A DNA stretch of 21,719 bases, taken from Fidelibacterota bacterium (GTDB lineage: Bacteria; Fidelibacterota; Marinisomatia; Marinisomatales; TCS56). Position 1 is the first letter of the stretch, and each line of letters starts with the position of its first letter. Below, piece by piece: positions 8,277 through 16,897 of the stretch. The notes below the pieces were generated by a model. That model had not been told where the DNA came from and searched no databases. It was given only the letters and a program-made list of their open reading frames with translations. Location: contig JBDRBK010000081.1 in assembly GCA_043822705.1 (NCBI GenBank), forward strand, positions 1-21,719, in the 5' to 3' direction. The position numbers and the translations under genes were made by a program.

Positions 8277-10115
8277 TTGAAGAATACAAGTTACAAAACA
8301 CTTATGTTGATGGCTGTACTGCTGACTGTCGCCCTGGCCCAGGATTATGCGCCGGATCGCCTGATCATTAAACTGACGCCACAGCCGCCGGGGCTACGCA
8401 AGACGTTGGCGCTGGATCAGACGAAGTACACCGTTGGAAGGGCGCTGGCGCCGCGGATGAGAATCCACGAAGTCCGGCTGGCGGCTGGCAACCGCGATAT
8501 TCAGGCGGCCCTGGACGAGCTGCGCCGGAATCCCGCAGTGGAAATGGTCCAGCTCGATCACCGTCTGACCCGTCGCGAGACGATTCCCAACGATACCCAG
8601 TTTGGATCACAGTGGAATATGTCATTCATCGATGCAACCCAGGCTTGGGATTTGACTACCGGAGGTGTTACTCCACTGGGTGATACGATCGTGGTAGCGG
8701 TCGTCGACGGCGGTTGCCAGGTCGACCACACTGACTTGGCGGCCAATCTGTGGGTCAATCGCGGCGAGATTCCCGCCAATGGCATCGATGATGATGGCAA
8801 CGGTTATATCGATGATATTCATGGCTGGAATGCCTATGACAATAATGGAACGATCAATACGGATGATCATGGGACGCATGTGTGCGGTATCGTCGGGGCC
8901 GTCGGGAATAATGCCCGGCAGGTGAGTGGTTTGAACTGGGCGGTCAAGATCATGCCGATCGACGGCGCCTACACCTGGACTTCGCTGGCGATGGCGGCCT
9001 ACGGTTATGTGCTGGATCAGCGCCTGCTGTATGATTCGACCGGTGGCGAAAAGGGCGCTTTTATCGTCGCCACCAACAGCAGTTTCGGTATCGATTTCGC
9101 CGACTGCAATTCCGAGGATTACCCGGTCTGGAACGCCATGTACGACGATCTCGGTGCCGCCGGCATCCTGAATGCCGTGGCTACCATGAATCATAACGAA
9201 GATGTGGACCTGGTCGGCGATGTGCCCAGCGGCTGTGCCAGCGATTTCATCATTTCGGTCACCAACACCACCTTTCTGGACGTAAAATTTTCAAAGTTAC
9301 CAGGTGCCGCCTATGGGCTGACCACCATTGATCTAGGGGCACCGGGTACAGACATTAAATCGACTTGGCCGACCGATACAACCTACTCCAAAACCGGCAC
9401 GTCCATGGCCAGTCCCCATGTGGCCGGAACAGTAGCCCTGATGCACGCGGCCATGTCGCCGGGTCTGGCGCGATTCTATCGCAGCGATCCGGCCACCGCT
9501 GCACTGGTTTTGAAACAGCTCCTGCTGGATGGAGTCGATCCGCTGGTGTCACTGGACGGCCGGACCGTCACCGGCGGTCGTTTGAACCTGTACAATGCTG
9601 TTCATCTGGCTGAAGTTTTTATGGACGGCGACGCTGCCGATCCCAGTCCGGTACTGCTGGCCGCCGCTGACAACAGCCAGTCCAACCGCATTTTGCTGAC
9701 CTGGCACGATCCGACGACGCTCATCAGTGGCGATCCGATCGGTCTGTTTTTGGTTGATATTTCCCGTAACGGACAGCCGCTGACAACCGTTGAGATGGGG
9801 GATGAATATTTTTTTGATGAATTGCTGAACGGCGGCCAGACAGTCAATTATGACCTGGTGACCCGTCTGATCGAAAATGATTCCACCAGCGTCCCGGTGC
9901 GGGTTACCACGGTGGTCTCCGGGGTCGGATTCATCGATGGCGATGCCAATCACGATGGTCTGGTCAATGTGGCCGACACGGTGCAACTGTTGCGTTTTAT
10001 GACCGGTGCGGTTGATCCGACGGAGATCGATTATATTACCGGTGATATTGATGCCAGCGGCAGTCTGGACCAGGCCGATTTGCTGGCGATCGTGGATACT
10101 ATTTTAAGGAGATAG
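8277..10115 (+). CDS. Secreted S8 (subtilisin-like) serine peptidase with C-terminal dockerin-like domain
   Basis: 612 aa from TTG (downstream ATGs are possible). Signal peptide, catalytic triad VAVVDGG / HGTHVCG / GTSMASPHVAG, NGIDDDGNGYIDD insert, and a duplicated EF-hand-like tail GDANHDGLVNVAD…GDIDASGSLDQAD. Confidence 0.93.
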   Translation: MKNTSYKTLMLMAVLLTVALAQDYAPDRLIIKLTPQPPGLRKTLALDQTKYTVGRALAPRMRIHEVRLAAGNRDIQAALDELRRNPAVEMVQLDHRLTRRETIPNDTQFGSQWNMSFIDATQAWDLTTGGVTPLGDTIVVAVVDGGCQVDHTDLAANLWVNRGEIPANGIDDDGNGYIDDIHGWNAYDNNGTINTDDHGTHVCGIVGAVGNNARQVSGLNWAVKIMPIDGAYTWTSLAMAAYGYVLDQRLLYDSTGGEKGAFIVATNSSFGIDFADCNSEDYPVWNAMYDDLGAAGILNAVATMNHNEDVDLVGDVPSGCASDFIISVTNTTFLDVKFSKLPGAAYGLTTIDLGAPGTDIKSTWPTDTTYSKTGTSMASPHVAGTVALMHAAMSPGLARFYRSDPATAALVLKQLLLDGVDPLVSLDGRTVTGGRLNLYNAVHLAEVFMDGDAADPSPVLLAAADNSQSNRILLTWHDPTTLISGDPIGLFLVDISRNGQPLTTVEMGDEYFFDELLNGGQTVNYDLVTRLIENDSTSVPVRVTTVVSGVGFIDGDANHDGLVNVADTVQLLRFMTGAVDPTEIDYITGDIDASGSLDQADLLAIVDTILRR

Positions 10116-10158
10116 AAGGTCCGTCCAGGAACCGCTCGCTAGTATTCACGGCCTCTAA

Positions 10159-11112
10159 TCAGTCAAAAAATCCCTGCTTCTTCATCCATTCGTCGGAAAC
10201 GAATTTGGTCAGGTAATTGCGGATCGAATCCGGCAAGATGGCGACACATTTCTGGCCTTTTTTGAGTCCTTTGGCGGCCTGCAGGGCGCCCCAGACTACC
10301 GTGCCGCTGGAACCGCCCACCAGCAGACCCTCTTCGCGGATCAGCCGCCGGGCCATCCGGAACGAATCGCGGTCATTAACTTTGACATAGCGGTCGACCA
10401 GTGAATTGTCCAGCACCTCAGGGAAGAAATCATAGCCGATGCCTTCCACCTGGTAATTGAATACATCTTGGCCGCCGCCGAGGATCGATCCAAAGGGATC
10501 GATCCCAATAATTTGGATATCGGGAATTTCTTTTTTCAATCGCTTTGCCACGCCGGTGATCGTCCCGCCGGTTCCCACGCCGATCACCACCATCGCCAGA
10601 TCGGTACCGAAATCGTCGATCAATTCCTGGGCGGTGCCATGATAATGGGCTGCCGGGTTATCGGGATTGGCGTACTGGTCCAGGATGTGGGAGCCGGGGA
10701 TTTCCGCCTGTAGACGCTTGGCGGCACCGGCCTCGCTGTCCGGCGAATCGTGAGCGGCGCCGGTGGGGGTCCGCACAATGCGGGCGCCCAGTGCTTCCAG
10801 CACGACCTGTTTCTCACGGCTCATTTTTTCCGGCATGGTAATGATTAGTTTATAGCCGAGGGCGGCGGCGGTAATGGCCATACCGATACCAGTATTACCT
10901 GAAGTTGGTTCGATCAGGGTATCACCGGGCTTGATCCGGCCCGACTTCTGCGCCTCGATGATCATGCGGGCGCCGATGCGATCCTTCAGGGAACCGCCGG
11001 CATTGAGAAATTCACATTTGCCGTACAGTTCGCAGTCCAGTTCACGTCCGACCTTGTTGAGCCGGACGACCGGTGTGCCCCCGATTGCTGCCGTGATATT
11101 GTCTATAATCAT
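10159..11112 (-). CDS. PLP-dependent cystathionine beta-synthase (CysK/CBS family), catalytic core only
   Basis: 317 aa. PLP lysine in KCEFLNAGGSLKDR, plus IEPTSGNTGIG, LDQYANPDNP, GTGGTITG, VEGIGYDF, EEGLLVGGSSG and ILPDSIRNYLTKF. Confidence 0.9.
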   Translation of the reverse strand: MIIDNITAAIGGTPVVRLNKVGRELDCELYGKCEFLNAGGSLKDRIGARMIIEAQKSGRIKPGDTLIEPTSGNTGIGMAITAAALGYKLIITMPEKMSREKQVVLEALGARIVRTPTGAAHDSPDSEAGAAKRLQAEIPGSHILDQYANPDNPAAHYHGTAQELIDDFGTDLAMVVIGVGTGGTITGVAKRLKKEIPDIQIIGIDPFGSILGGGQDVFNYQVEGIGYDFFPEVLDNSLVDRYVKVNDRDSFRMARRLIREEGLLVGGSSGTVVWGALQAAKGLKKGQKCVAILPDSIRNYLTKFVSDEWMKKQGFFD

Positions 11113-11222
11113 GTCTGGTCTTTTCGTTGGATTGTTGCTGGTAACAGGGCCTAAATTTCCGAATCGAATCAGAATTTCTGAAGAATTTTACATACAAAAT
11201 CACTGTTTAACAGGGGTAAATA

Positions 11223-11966
11223 ATGAAACGATTGCAGGATAAGATCGCCGTCATCACCGGCGCCGCCCGGGGAATCGGCAAAGCAACCGCCGAAAAATTC
11301 GCCGCCGAAGGCGCCACCGTCATTATCGCCGATTACGATGAGAAAAACGGACTGGCCACGGCCTCCGAACTGGCGGAAAAAGGCGGTCGGGTCGATTTTG
11401 TCAAAACCGATGTATCCAGCGCTGACAGTGTCGGCAACCTGTTCGGTATGGTCGAGCAGAACTACGGCCGGGTCGATATTCTGGTCAACAATGCCGGAAT
11501 ACTGCAGGACAGCACGCTCAAGAAACTGGAAGAGCAGCAGTTTGACCGCGTCATCGACGTGAACCTGAAAGGTGTTTATCTCTGCACCCAGGCGGCGGTG
11601 GCATTGATGGATGCGGAAAAGGGCGGTGTCGTTTTGAATGCCTCCTCGGTTGTGGCTCACACCGGTAATTTCGGTCAGACCAATTACGTTGCCAGCAAGG
11701 CCGGCGTGATTGGTATGACTAAAGTCTGGGCCCGGGAACTGGGACGCAAGCACATCCGCGTCAATGCGGTGGCTCCCGGTTTCATCAGGACCGAAATGAC
11801 CGAAGGCATCCCGGATAAGGTCATGGAAATGATGCTGCAGCGGGTTCCGCTGGGCCGGATGGGGGAAGGCAGTGAAATCGCCGACGCCTATTGCTTTCTA
11901 GCCAGCGATGAAGCCAGTTATATTACCGGCGCGACGCTGAATGTCGACGGTGGTACTGTCACCTGA
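11223..11966 (+). CDS. fabG: 3-oxoacyl-ACP reductase-like short-chain dehydrogenase
   Basis: 247 aa. Motifs TGAARGIG, LVNNAGI, GNFGQTNYVASKAG, VNAVAPGFI and SYITGATLNVDGG. Confidence 0.88.
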   Translation: MKRLQDKIAVITGAARGIGKATAEKFAAEGATVIIADYDEKNGLATASELAEKGGRVDFVKTDVSSADSVGNLFGMVEQNYGRVDILVNNAGILQDSTLKKLEEQQFDRVIDVNLKGVYLCTQAAVALMDAEKGGVVLNASSVVAHTGNFGQTNYVASKAGVIGMTKVWARELGRKHIRVNAVAPGFIRTEMTEGIPDKVMEMMLQRVPLGRMGEGSEIADAYCFLASDEASYITGATLNVDGGTVT

Positions 11967-11990
11967 TAGTACCGGCAACGGTCAAAAATC

Positions 11991-12026
11991 AAAGCGCCCG
12001 GCATCTTGAAGATACCGGGCGCTTTT
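11991..12026. terminator. Bidirectional intrinsic terminator between the convergent fabG and hsp20 genes
   Basis: AAAGCGCCCGGCATCT-TGA-AGATACCGGGCGCTTT forms a 16-bp stem with one mismatch, which is a G:U pair on the minus strand. T-runs follow on both strands (TTTT on plus; TTTGATTTTT on minus). Confidence 0.85.
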
Positions 12027-12050
12027 CGCAGGGAGGGATATGAATTCTGA

Positions 12051-12488
12051 TTAGGCAACCTTAATTTCGATTTCCCGCGGTTTGACTTCTTCGGCTTTGG
12101 GCAGATCAATCGTGAGAATGCCGTTTTTGAATTTGGCGTTGATCTTGTCCTCGTCGATCATCGCCGGGAGCCGGAAGCAGCGCTGGAAGGTGCCATGGAG
12201 GCGCTCGCGCCGATGGAAACTGGATTTTTCATCCTTTTCGTATTTCCGTTCGCCGCTGATGGTCAGGACATTGTCCTTAACATTGATATGAACATCTTTC
12301 TTGTCCAGACCAGGCAGGTCGGCAATTACCGTATACCCATTTTCATTTTCATTGATGTCGGTAGAAGGCGCCCAGCGCAGGGTGCCGGCTTCTTCCTCAT
12401 AATCATCCTGGAAGAAATCGCGAAACATCCGGTCAAAAGAATTCCAGGATCTCAAGGCGGTGTTGGGGTTCCATTTTACTAATGTCAT
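12051..12488 (-). CDS. Hsp20/alpha-crystallin small heat-shock protein
   Basis: 145 aa from the ATG at 12488 (MTLVKWNP), preceded by the RBS AAAAGGAGA. Motifs DLPG, LTISGER, RERxxGxFxRxFxLP and AKFKNGILTIDLPK. Confidence 0.95.
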   Translation of the reverse strand: MTLVKWNPNTALRSWNSFDRMFRDFFQDDYEEEAGTLRWAPSTDINENENGYTVIADLPGLDKKDVHINVKDNVLTISGERKYEKDEKSSFHRRERLHGTFQRCFRLPAMIDEDKINAKFKNGILTIDLPKAEEVKPREIEIKVA

Positions 12489-12541
12489 GGTTGTTCTCCT
12501 TTTGGTTGAATTGTTTGTCAGCATTTACGGTTCAGGATTAC

Positions 12542-12556
12542 TCAAGCGCCGTGCCG
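12542..12556 (-). promoter_or_regulatory. Candidate sigma54 (-24/-12) promoter of hsp20
   Basis: Minus strand CGGCACG-GCGC-TTGA versus consensus TGGCACG-N4-TTGC. Spacing is exact, and it lies about 54 nt upstream of the ATG. Confidence 0.55.
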
Positions 12557-12762
12557 AACCTGTTTTTCTGCCAGCACTGCAGCAGCCTTTGCCGGAATCT
12601 CACAAACTGACAAACCATTCTGAAAATTTGCCAGTGTCAGTCACCAAAATCTGCCATTTGTACTGATCCTGGGACCTGGCTGAATAAAACGACGATTGCC
12701 GTGATTGGAAAGCATCACGATTGTTCAGTAATTTTGAGCCCGATTAAAACGAAAGGATTTTT

Positions 12763-13986
12763 ATGAGCACGCTGGCCCTGTTTGGTGGTACACCGGTTCG
12801 CAAGGAACCGTTCCCGGTCTGGCCCAGAGTATCCGAAGAGATATTAAATCAGATCAGGAATACATTGGAGAACGAACAATGGGGGGTGGGCAGCCGCACC
12901 ATCGTCACCTTTGAACAGACATTTGCGGAATTTCAGGATGCCCGGCACTGTATCAGCATCAATTCCGGAACAGCCGCGCTGTGGGTTGCCCTGAAGGCAG
13001 CCGGAGTTAAGGCAGGCGACGAGGTCATCATCCCGGCCTATACATTTATTGCCACCGCCTCGGCCATTCTGACGGCCAACGCGGTACCGGTTTTTGCCGA
13101 CGTCGAGCTGGATACATTCAATATCGACCCGGATCAGATCGAAGGCTTGATCACTGAACGGACCCGGGTGATCATGCCGGTGCATATCGCTGGTAATCCG
13201 GCCCGGATGGATAAAATCCTGGCGATCGCCGCCCGGCACAATTTGCAGGTGATCGAAGACGCGGCCCAGGCGCACGGGGCCGAATGGTTGGGCACCAAAG
13301 TCGGCGCCCTCGGATTGGGTGGTATCTTCAGTTTTCAGACCTCCAAAAATCTGTCGTCGGGCGAGGGCGGCGCCATTGTCACTAACGATGATGCGTTCCG
13401 GGACGCCTGTTTTTCCTATCATAACTGCGGCCGGGTTCGCGGCGGGCAATGGTACGAGCACCAGCATCTGGGCGGTAACTTTCGTTTGAGCGCCCTGGCG
13501 GCGGCTATGCTGCAGGCCCAGTTCGCAACGCTGCCGGAGGAAATGGAACGACGGGACCGCAACCGTCAGTTGCTGGATCTGGCGCTGGAGGAAATCCCCG
13601 GCCTGACTCCGGGCAGGCAATACGCCGAAACCACACGGACGGCCAACCATCTGTATCTGGCCCGCTACGACCGGGAGCAGTTTAACGGCATTCCCCGGGA
13701 GAAATTTTTCAAGGCCATGCAGGCCGAGGGTATTTACACCTATGCCGGTTACGTGCCTTTGTATAAAGAGAAACTTTTCATAACCAATCCGGATGAGTAT
13801 CCCTGGCTGAAAGGCATTGATTACGGTAGTCTGCACATGCCCAACACCGAAAAACTCTGCTATTCCGAATCGGTTTGGCTGAAACAGAATCATCTGTTGG
13901 GAGATCACAACGATACCCAGTCGATCATCGATGCATTCAAGAAAGTAACCGGCGCACTGCGTGAAAATCCGGAACTGTTCAAATAA
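12763..13986 (+). CDS. DegT/DnrJ/EryC1/StrS-family PLP aminotransferase (AHBA-synthase-like branch)
   Basis: 407 aa. Motifs NSGTAAL, GDEVIIPAYTFIATA, PVHIAG, IEDAAQAHGA, SFQTSKNLSSGEGG and GGNFRLS. AAGGA RBS upstream. Confidence 0.93.
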   Translation: MSTLALFGGTPVRKEPFPVWPRVSEEILNQIRNTLENEQWGVGSRTIVTFEQTFAEFQDARHCISINSGTAALWVALKAAGVKAGDEVIIPAYTFIATASAILTANAVPVFADVELDTFNIDPDQIEGLITERTRVIMPVHIAGNPARMDKILAIAARHNLQVIEDAAQAHGAEWLGTKVGALGLGGIFSFQTSKNLSSGEGGAIVTNDDAFRDACFSYHNCGRVRGGQWYEHQHLGGNFRLSALAAAMLQAQFATLPEEMERRDRNRQLLDLALEEIPGLTPGRQYAETTRTANHLYLARYDREQFNGIPREKFFKAMQAEGIYTYAGYVPLYKEKLFITNPDEYPWLKGIDYGSLHMPNTEKLCYSESVWLKQNHLLGDHNDTQSIIDAFKKVTGALRENPELFK

Positions 13987-14028
13987 CCAGGTTGCGATTC
14001 TTAAGGCAGATGAAGGAAGGATGATACA

Positions 14029-14619
14029 ATGACGTTCTGGTCCGCCACAATCATGTTGTTTCTGGTGATGGATCCGCTGGGTAACATACCGATATTTTTG
14101 TCGGTCCTGAAGGATGTGGACCGGCGACGGCGCAGCCGGATCATAATTCGTGAGTTATTGATTGCGTTGTTCATCCTGCTCTGTTTCATGTTTTTCGGTA
14201 ATAATATCATGAACGCCCTCTCGATCAGCGGTCCTTCTCTGAGCATCGCCGGTGGAATTATTTTATTCATCATCGCCATTCGGATGATTTTCCCGCTCCG
14301 CCACCAGGCCCTGATGGGTGAGCAACTCGACAGCGAGCCGTTCATCGTACCGTTGGCAATCCCATTAGTAGCCGGTCCGTCGGCGATCGCCACCGTAATG
14401 CTGCTGGCATCCAAGGAACAGGCGCGGATTTCGGAATGGCTGATCGCCTTACTGATCGCCTGGCTGGTGTCGTCAATCATATTGTATTTTTCCGATTTTT
14501 TCCGCCGAATTTTCCGGCGTCGCGGTCTGGCCGCCATGGAAAGGCTGATGGGAATGATTCTCACGGCCATTGCGGTGCAGATGTTTCTCGACGGGGTCGC
14601 CAATTTTATCGGGATATAA
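14029..14619 (+). CDS. MarC-family inner membrane protein
   Basis: 196 aa with about 6 TM helices. Motifs LFLVMDPLGNIPIF, IAGGIILF, IVPLAIPLVAGPSAIATV and ERLMGMIL. Confidence 0.93.
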   Translation: MTFWSATIMLFLVMDPLGNIPIFLSVLKDVDRRRRSRIIIRELLIALFILLCFMFFGNNIMNALSISGPSLSIAGGIILFIIAIRMIFPLRHQALMGEQLDSEPFIVPLAIPLVAGPSAIATVMLLASKEQARISEWLIALLIAWLVSSIILYFSDFFRRIFRRRGLAAMERLMGMILTAIAVQMFLDGVANFIGI

Positions 14620-14661
14620 CTAACGTCAATCCGGGTCTGATCCGGCTGGTTATATACGGCG

Positions 14662-15744
14662 ATGGAAAATTCCGACAGTCAAAAAAATCCACGGGCCATC
14701 GCTCACTTCGATCTGGACGCTTTTTTCTGTTCGGTGGAAGTGCTGAAGAATCCGGAATTGGCCGGAAAACCAATCGTGGTTGGCGGAAAGGCCGAGGAAC
14801 GGGGCGTGGTAGCGGCGGCCTCCTACCCGGCCCGTGAATTCGGGATCCATTCGGCGATGTCGATGTACCGGGCGCAAAAATTGTGCGCCGATCTGATAGT
14901 TGTCCCACCCCATTTCAAATTATACAAAACCTACTCGCGAGTCGTGATGGGCATACTGCGCTCCGCCACACCGGTGGTCCAACAGGTCTCCGTCGATGAG
15001 GCTTATCTTGATCTGACGGACCGGATTGAATCCTGGAGTGCGGCGGAGACGATCACCCGCGGTCTGCAGAACCGGATCGGTCGGGACATCGGCCTGTCGG
15101 TGTCGGTCGGTCTGGGCAGCAATAAAATGATCGCCAAAATTGGTTCCGATTTCGAGAAACCACACGGTTTTACGGTCGTTTCACCCGGCCGCGAGCAGCG
15201 TTTTCTGGCACCGTTGGCCGTGAATGTAATTCCCGGTATCGGTCCCAAGACAGCGGAAAAACTGGCTTCCATGAATGTACACCTGATCCGGGAACTGGCG
15301 GAATTACCGGAGCGGGTTTTGACCGCCAGGTTCGGAAAATGGGGCCGCGAGATGTTCTACTGGGCCCGTGGCTGCGACGAGCGCCCGGTTGCCGAAGAAC
15401 ACGACACTAAATCAGTCAGCACCGAGCGCACCTTCAATACCGATATCAATGATGAAGCAGAACTGGTGCGGATCATCGAAAAATTAAGCGCGCAGGTCGA
15501 AGAGCAACTGATCAAGGAGGGACTGGCCGGCCGTACAATCGCTATCAAGGTCCGCTATTCCGATTTTGAAACCTTTACCCGGCAGGTCTCGTTAGCACGG
15601 GTTACCAATGCGGGCGACCTGATCGGTGAGACGGCGGTGAAGCTGTTCCGCAAGTCCTGGAACCGGGGACGACCGCTGCGTCTGTTGGGGGTCGGCGTGA
15701 GTAATTTTGATACTCCTGGCGGTCAACTGGAGTTGAATATCTGA
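14662..15744 (+). CDS. dinB: DNA polymerase IV (Y family)
   Basis: 360 aa. Motifs HFDLDAFFCSVE, RGVVAAASYPAREFGIHSAM, VSVDEAYLD, AKIGSDFEKPHG, IPGIG, KSVSTERTF and LRLLGVGVS. Confidence 0.96.
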   Translation: MENSDSQKNPRAIAHFDLDAFFCSVEVLKNPELAGKPIVVGGKAEERGVVAAASYPAREFGIHSAMSMYRAQKLCADLIVVPPHFKLYKTYSRVVMGILRSATPVVQQVSVDEAYLDLTDRIESWSAAETITRGLQNRIGRDIGLSVSVGLGSNKMIAKIGSDFEKPHGFTVVSPGREQRFLAPLAVNVIPGIGPKTAEKLASMNVHLIRELAELPERVLTARFGKWGREMFYWARGCDERPVAEEHDTKSVSTERTFNTDINDEAELVRIIEKLSAQVEEQLIKEGLAGRTIAIKVRYSDFETFTRQVSLARVTNAGDLIGETAVKLFRKSWNRGRPLRLLGVGVSNFDTPGGQLELNI

Positions 15745-15868
15745 ATTTTGTGTTTACAGCATTCTGCCGACGCTACCAACACCGGGCTTGTTCAGTAGGC
15801 AATATCACTATAAATTGAATGCGGATCATCGCCGAGGCCGGCTTGAAATAATTCGATCGGAGAAAGTA

Positions 15869-16132
15869 ATGGATAATACAAATCGTTATCTGGTGACACT
15901 GCGCTGGTACGTGGAAACCGATGAGGAACTGGTACCGGGTGCGCGGGAGACCGATGAAAAAATATTGACTGTTCTACGTCATAAATCAGATGGGCGCCCG
16001 GCGTGCGCTTCCTGCCCGACCCGCAATCCGGAAGGTTACGGAATCCTCGATTACCATTATTTTATGGGAAATAAACCGGTTTACATGTCAGTCGATAAAA
16101 TATCCGGATCCCCGACCGTTAATCAATTATGA
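15869..16132 (+). CDS. Small hypothetical protein (87 aa) with a CxxC motif
   Basis: GGAG at 15859-15862 precedes the ATG at 15869, a better start than the TTG at 15788. Contains CASC. Its TGA overlaps the next ATG (ATGA at 16129-16132). Confidence 0.5.
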   Translation: MDNTNRYLVTLRWYVETDEELVPGARETDEKILTVLRHKSDGRPACASCPTRNPEGYGILDYHYFMGNKPVYMSVDKISGSPTVNQL

Positions 16133-16746
16133 AGAATGGCGGGGAGGATGGCGTCCGGCGACTGGTAGCTGTGAATGATTTCGTGCGGCGGCAGGTGGCA
16201 GGGTCGGGAAAGACCTATGCAATCGGTCTCTCCTTTGAAGAAATCGCCCAGCATGCTGAAAAACAATTGCTGAATGATCAATTCCGGGTGGGTTATCGTG
16301 ACGGCATCGTCCTGGTAAATGTGGCCAGCGAGCTGGTCCCCCAATTTGTTTCACCTTGGGTCAGGATCGACGAATCGACCGAACTGACGGCGCGGGTGGT
16401 AATCCGGCGTGCCGGGGAAGAACCATATATCCGGATTCGCGCCCGGAGCGGTCAGGCGCTTCCGGCGGGGAAGGTCGAACTGGTGCTGTACCGCAAGAAC
16501 GTACTGGCCGAAAACAATGAAAATTCGACTGGGGCCGAGTGGGAACTGATCAGCATCAATGCCGTCCCGGAAGGACTCGCGGAATTGCCGATGGGGCCGG
16601 TGACGATGATGCGCAACCAGTTGGAATTACCCGGCGGAACCGCCGCCCGCTACAGTTCCGAACAGTGGGTCGAATCGGTTAGATTCTGGCAGTACTACGC
16701 TGCGCTGGAACCGGCGGACGATAAAATTGAAGAATTGACCGCGTAA
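16129..16746 (+). CDS. DUF3228-family protein
   Basis: 205 aa. Contains GYRDG, VLYRKNVLAE and C-terminal WELISINA…PMGPVTMMRN…GGT…SVRFW, which match my recollection of the DUF3228 signature (PMxPxTMMRN). Confidence 0.75.
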   Translation: MKNGGEDGVRRLVAVNDFVRRQVAGSGKTYAIGLSFEEIAQHAEKQLLNDQFRVGYRDGIVLVNVASELVPQFVSPWVRIDESTELTARVVIRRAGEEPYIRIRARSGQALPAGKVELVLYRKNVLAENNENSTGAEWELISINAVPEGLAELPMGPVTMMRNQLELPGGTAARYSSEQWVESVRFWQYYAALEPADDKIEELTA

Positions 16747-16897
16747 ACATCCCGGCTTCCATTTCAAGCGGATTAGATATAAATTATTTACGGCAACCCG
16801 GACGTGAACTTCCTCACGCGCATGAAACCCGCGGGGAAGTAACTTTACGACTGTCAAATACTCAGTTTCATCAATCAGGCCCGGAGGAACAGGTATC

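Noticed and set aside
12489..12524. Longer hsp20 start at 12524 given by the ORF track
   Set aside because: The strong AGGAGA RBS precedes the ATG at 12488, and MTLVKWNP is a typical sHsp N-terminus.
12844..13908. 354-aa antisense ORF (likewise 18104..19060, 11169..11753, 14001..14603 and many shorter ones)
   Set aside because: These lie opposite well-supported genes and show no recognisable motifs. They are typical shadow ORFs of GC-rich coding DNA.
14620..14661. LexA/SOS box upstream of dinB
   Set aside because: No match to the CTGT-N8-ACAG or GAAC-N4-GTTC boxes in the 42-nt spacer.
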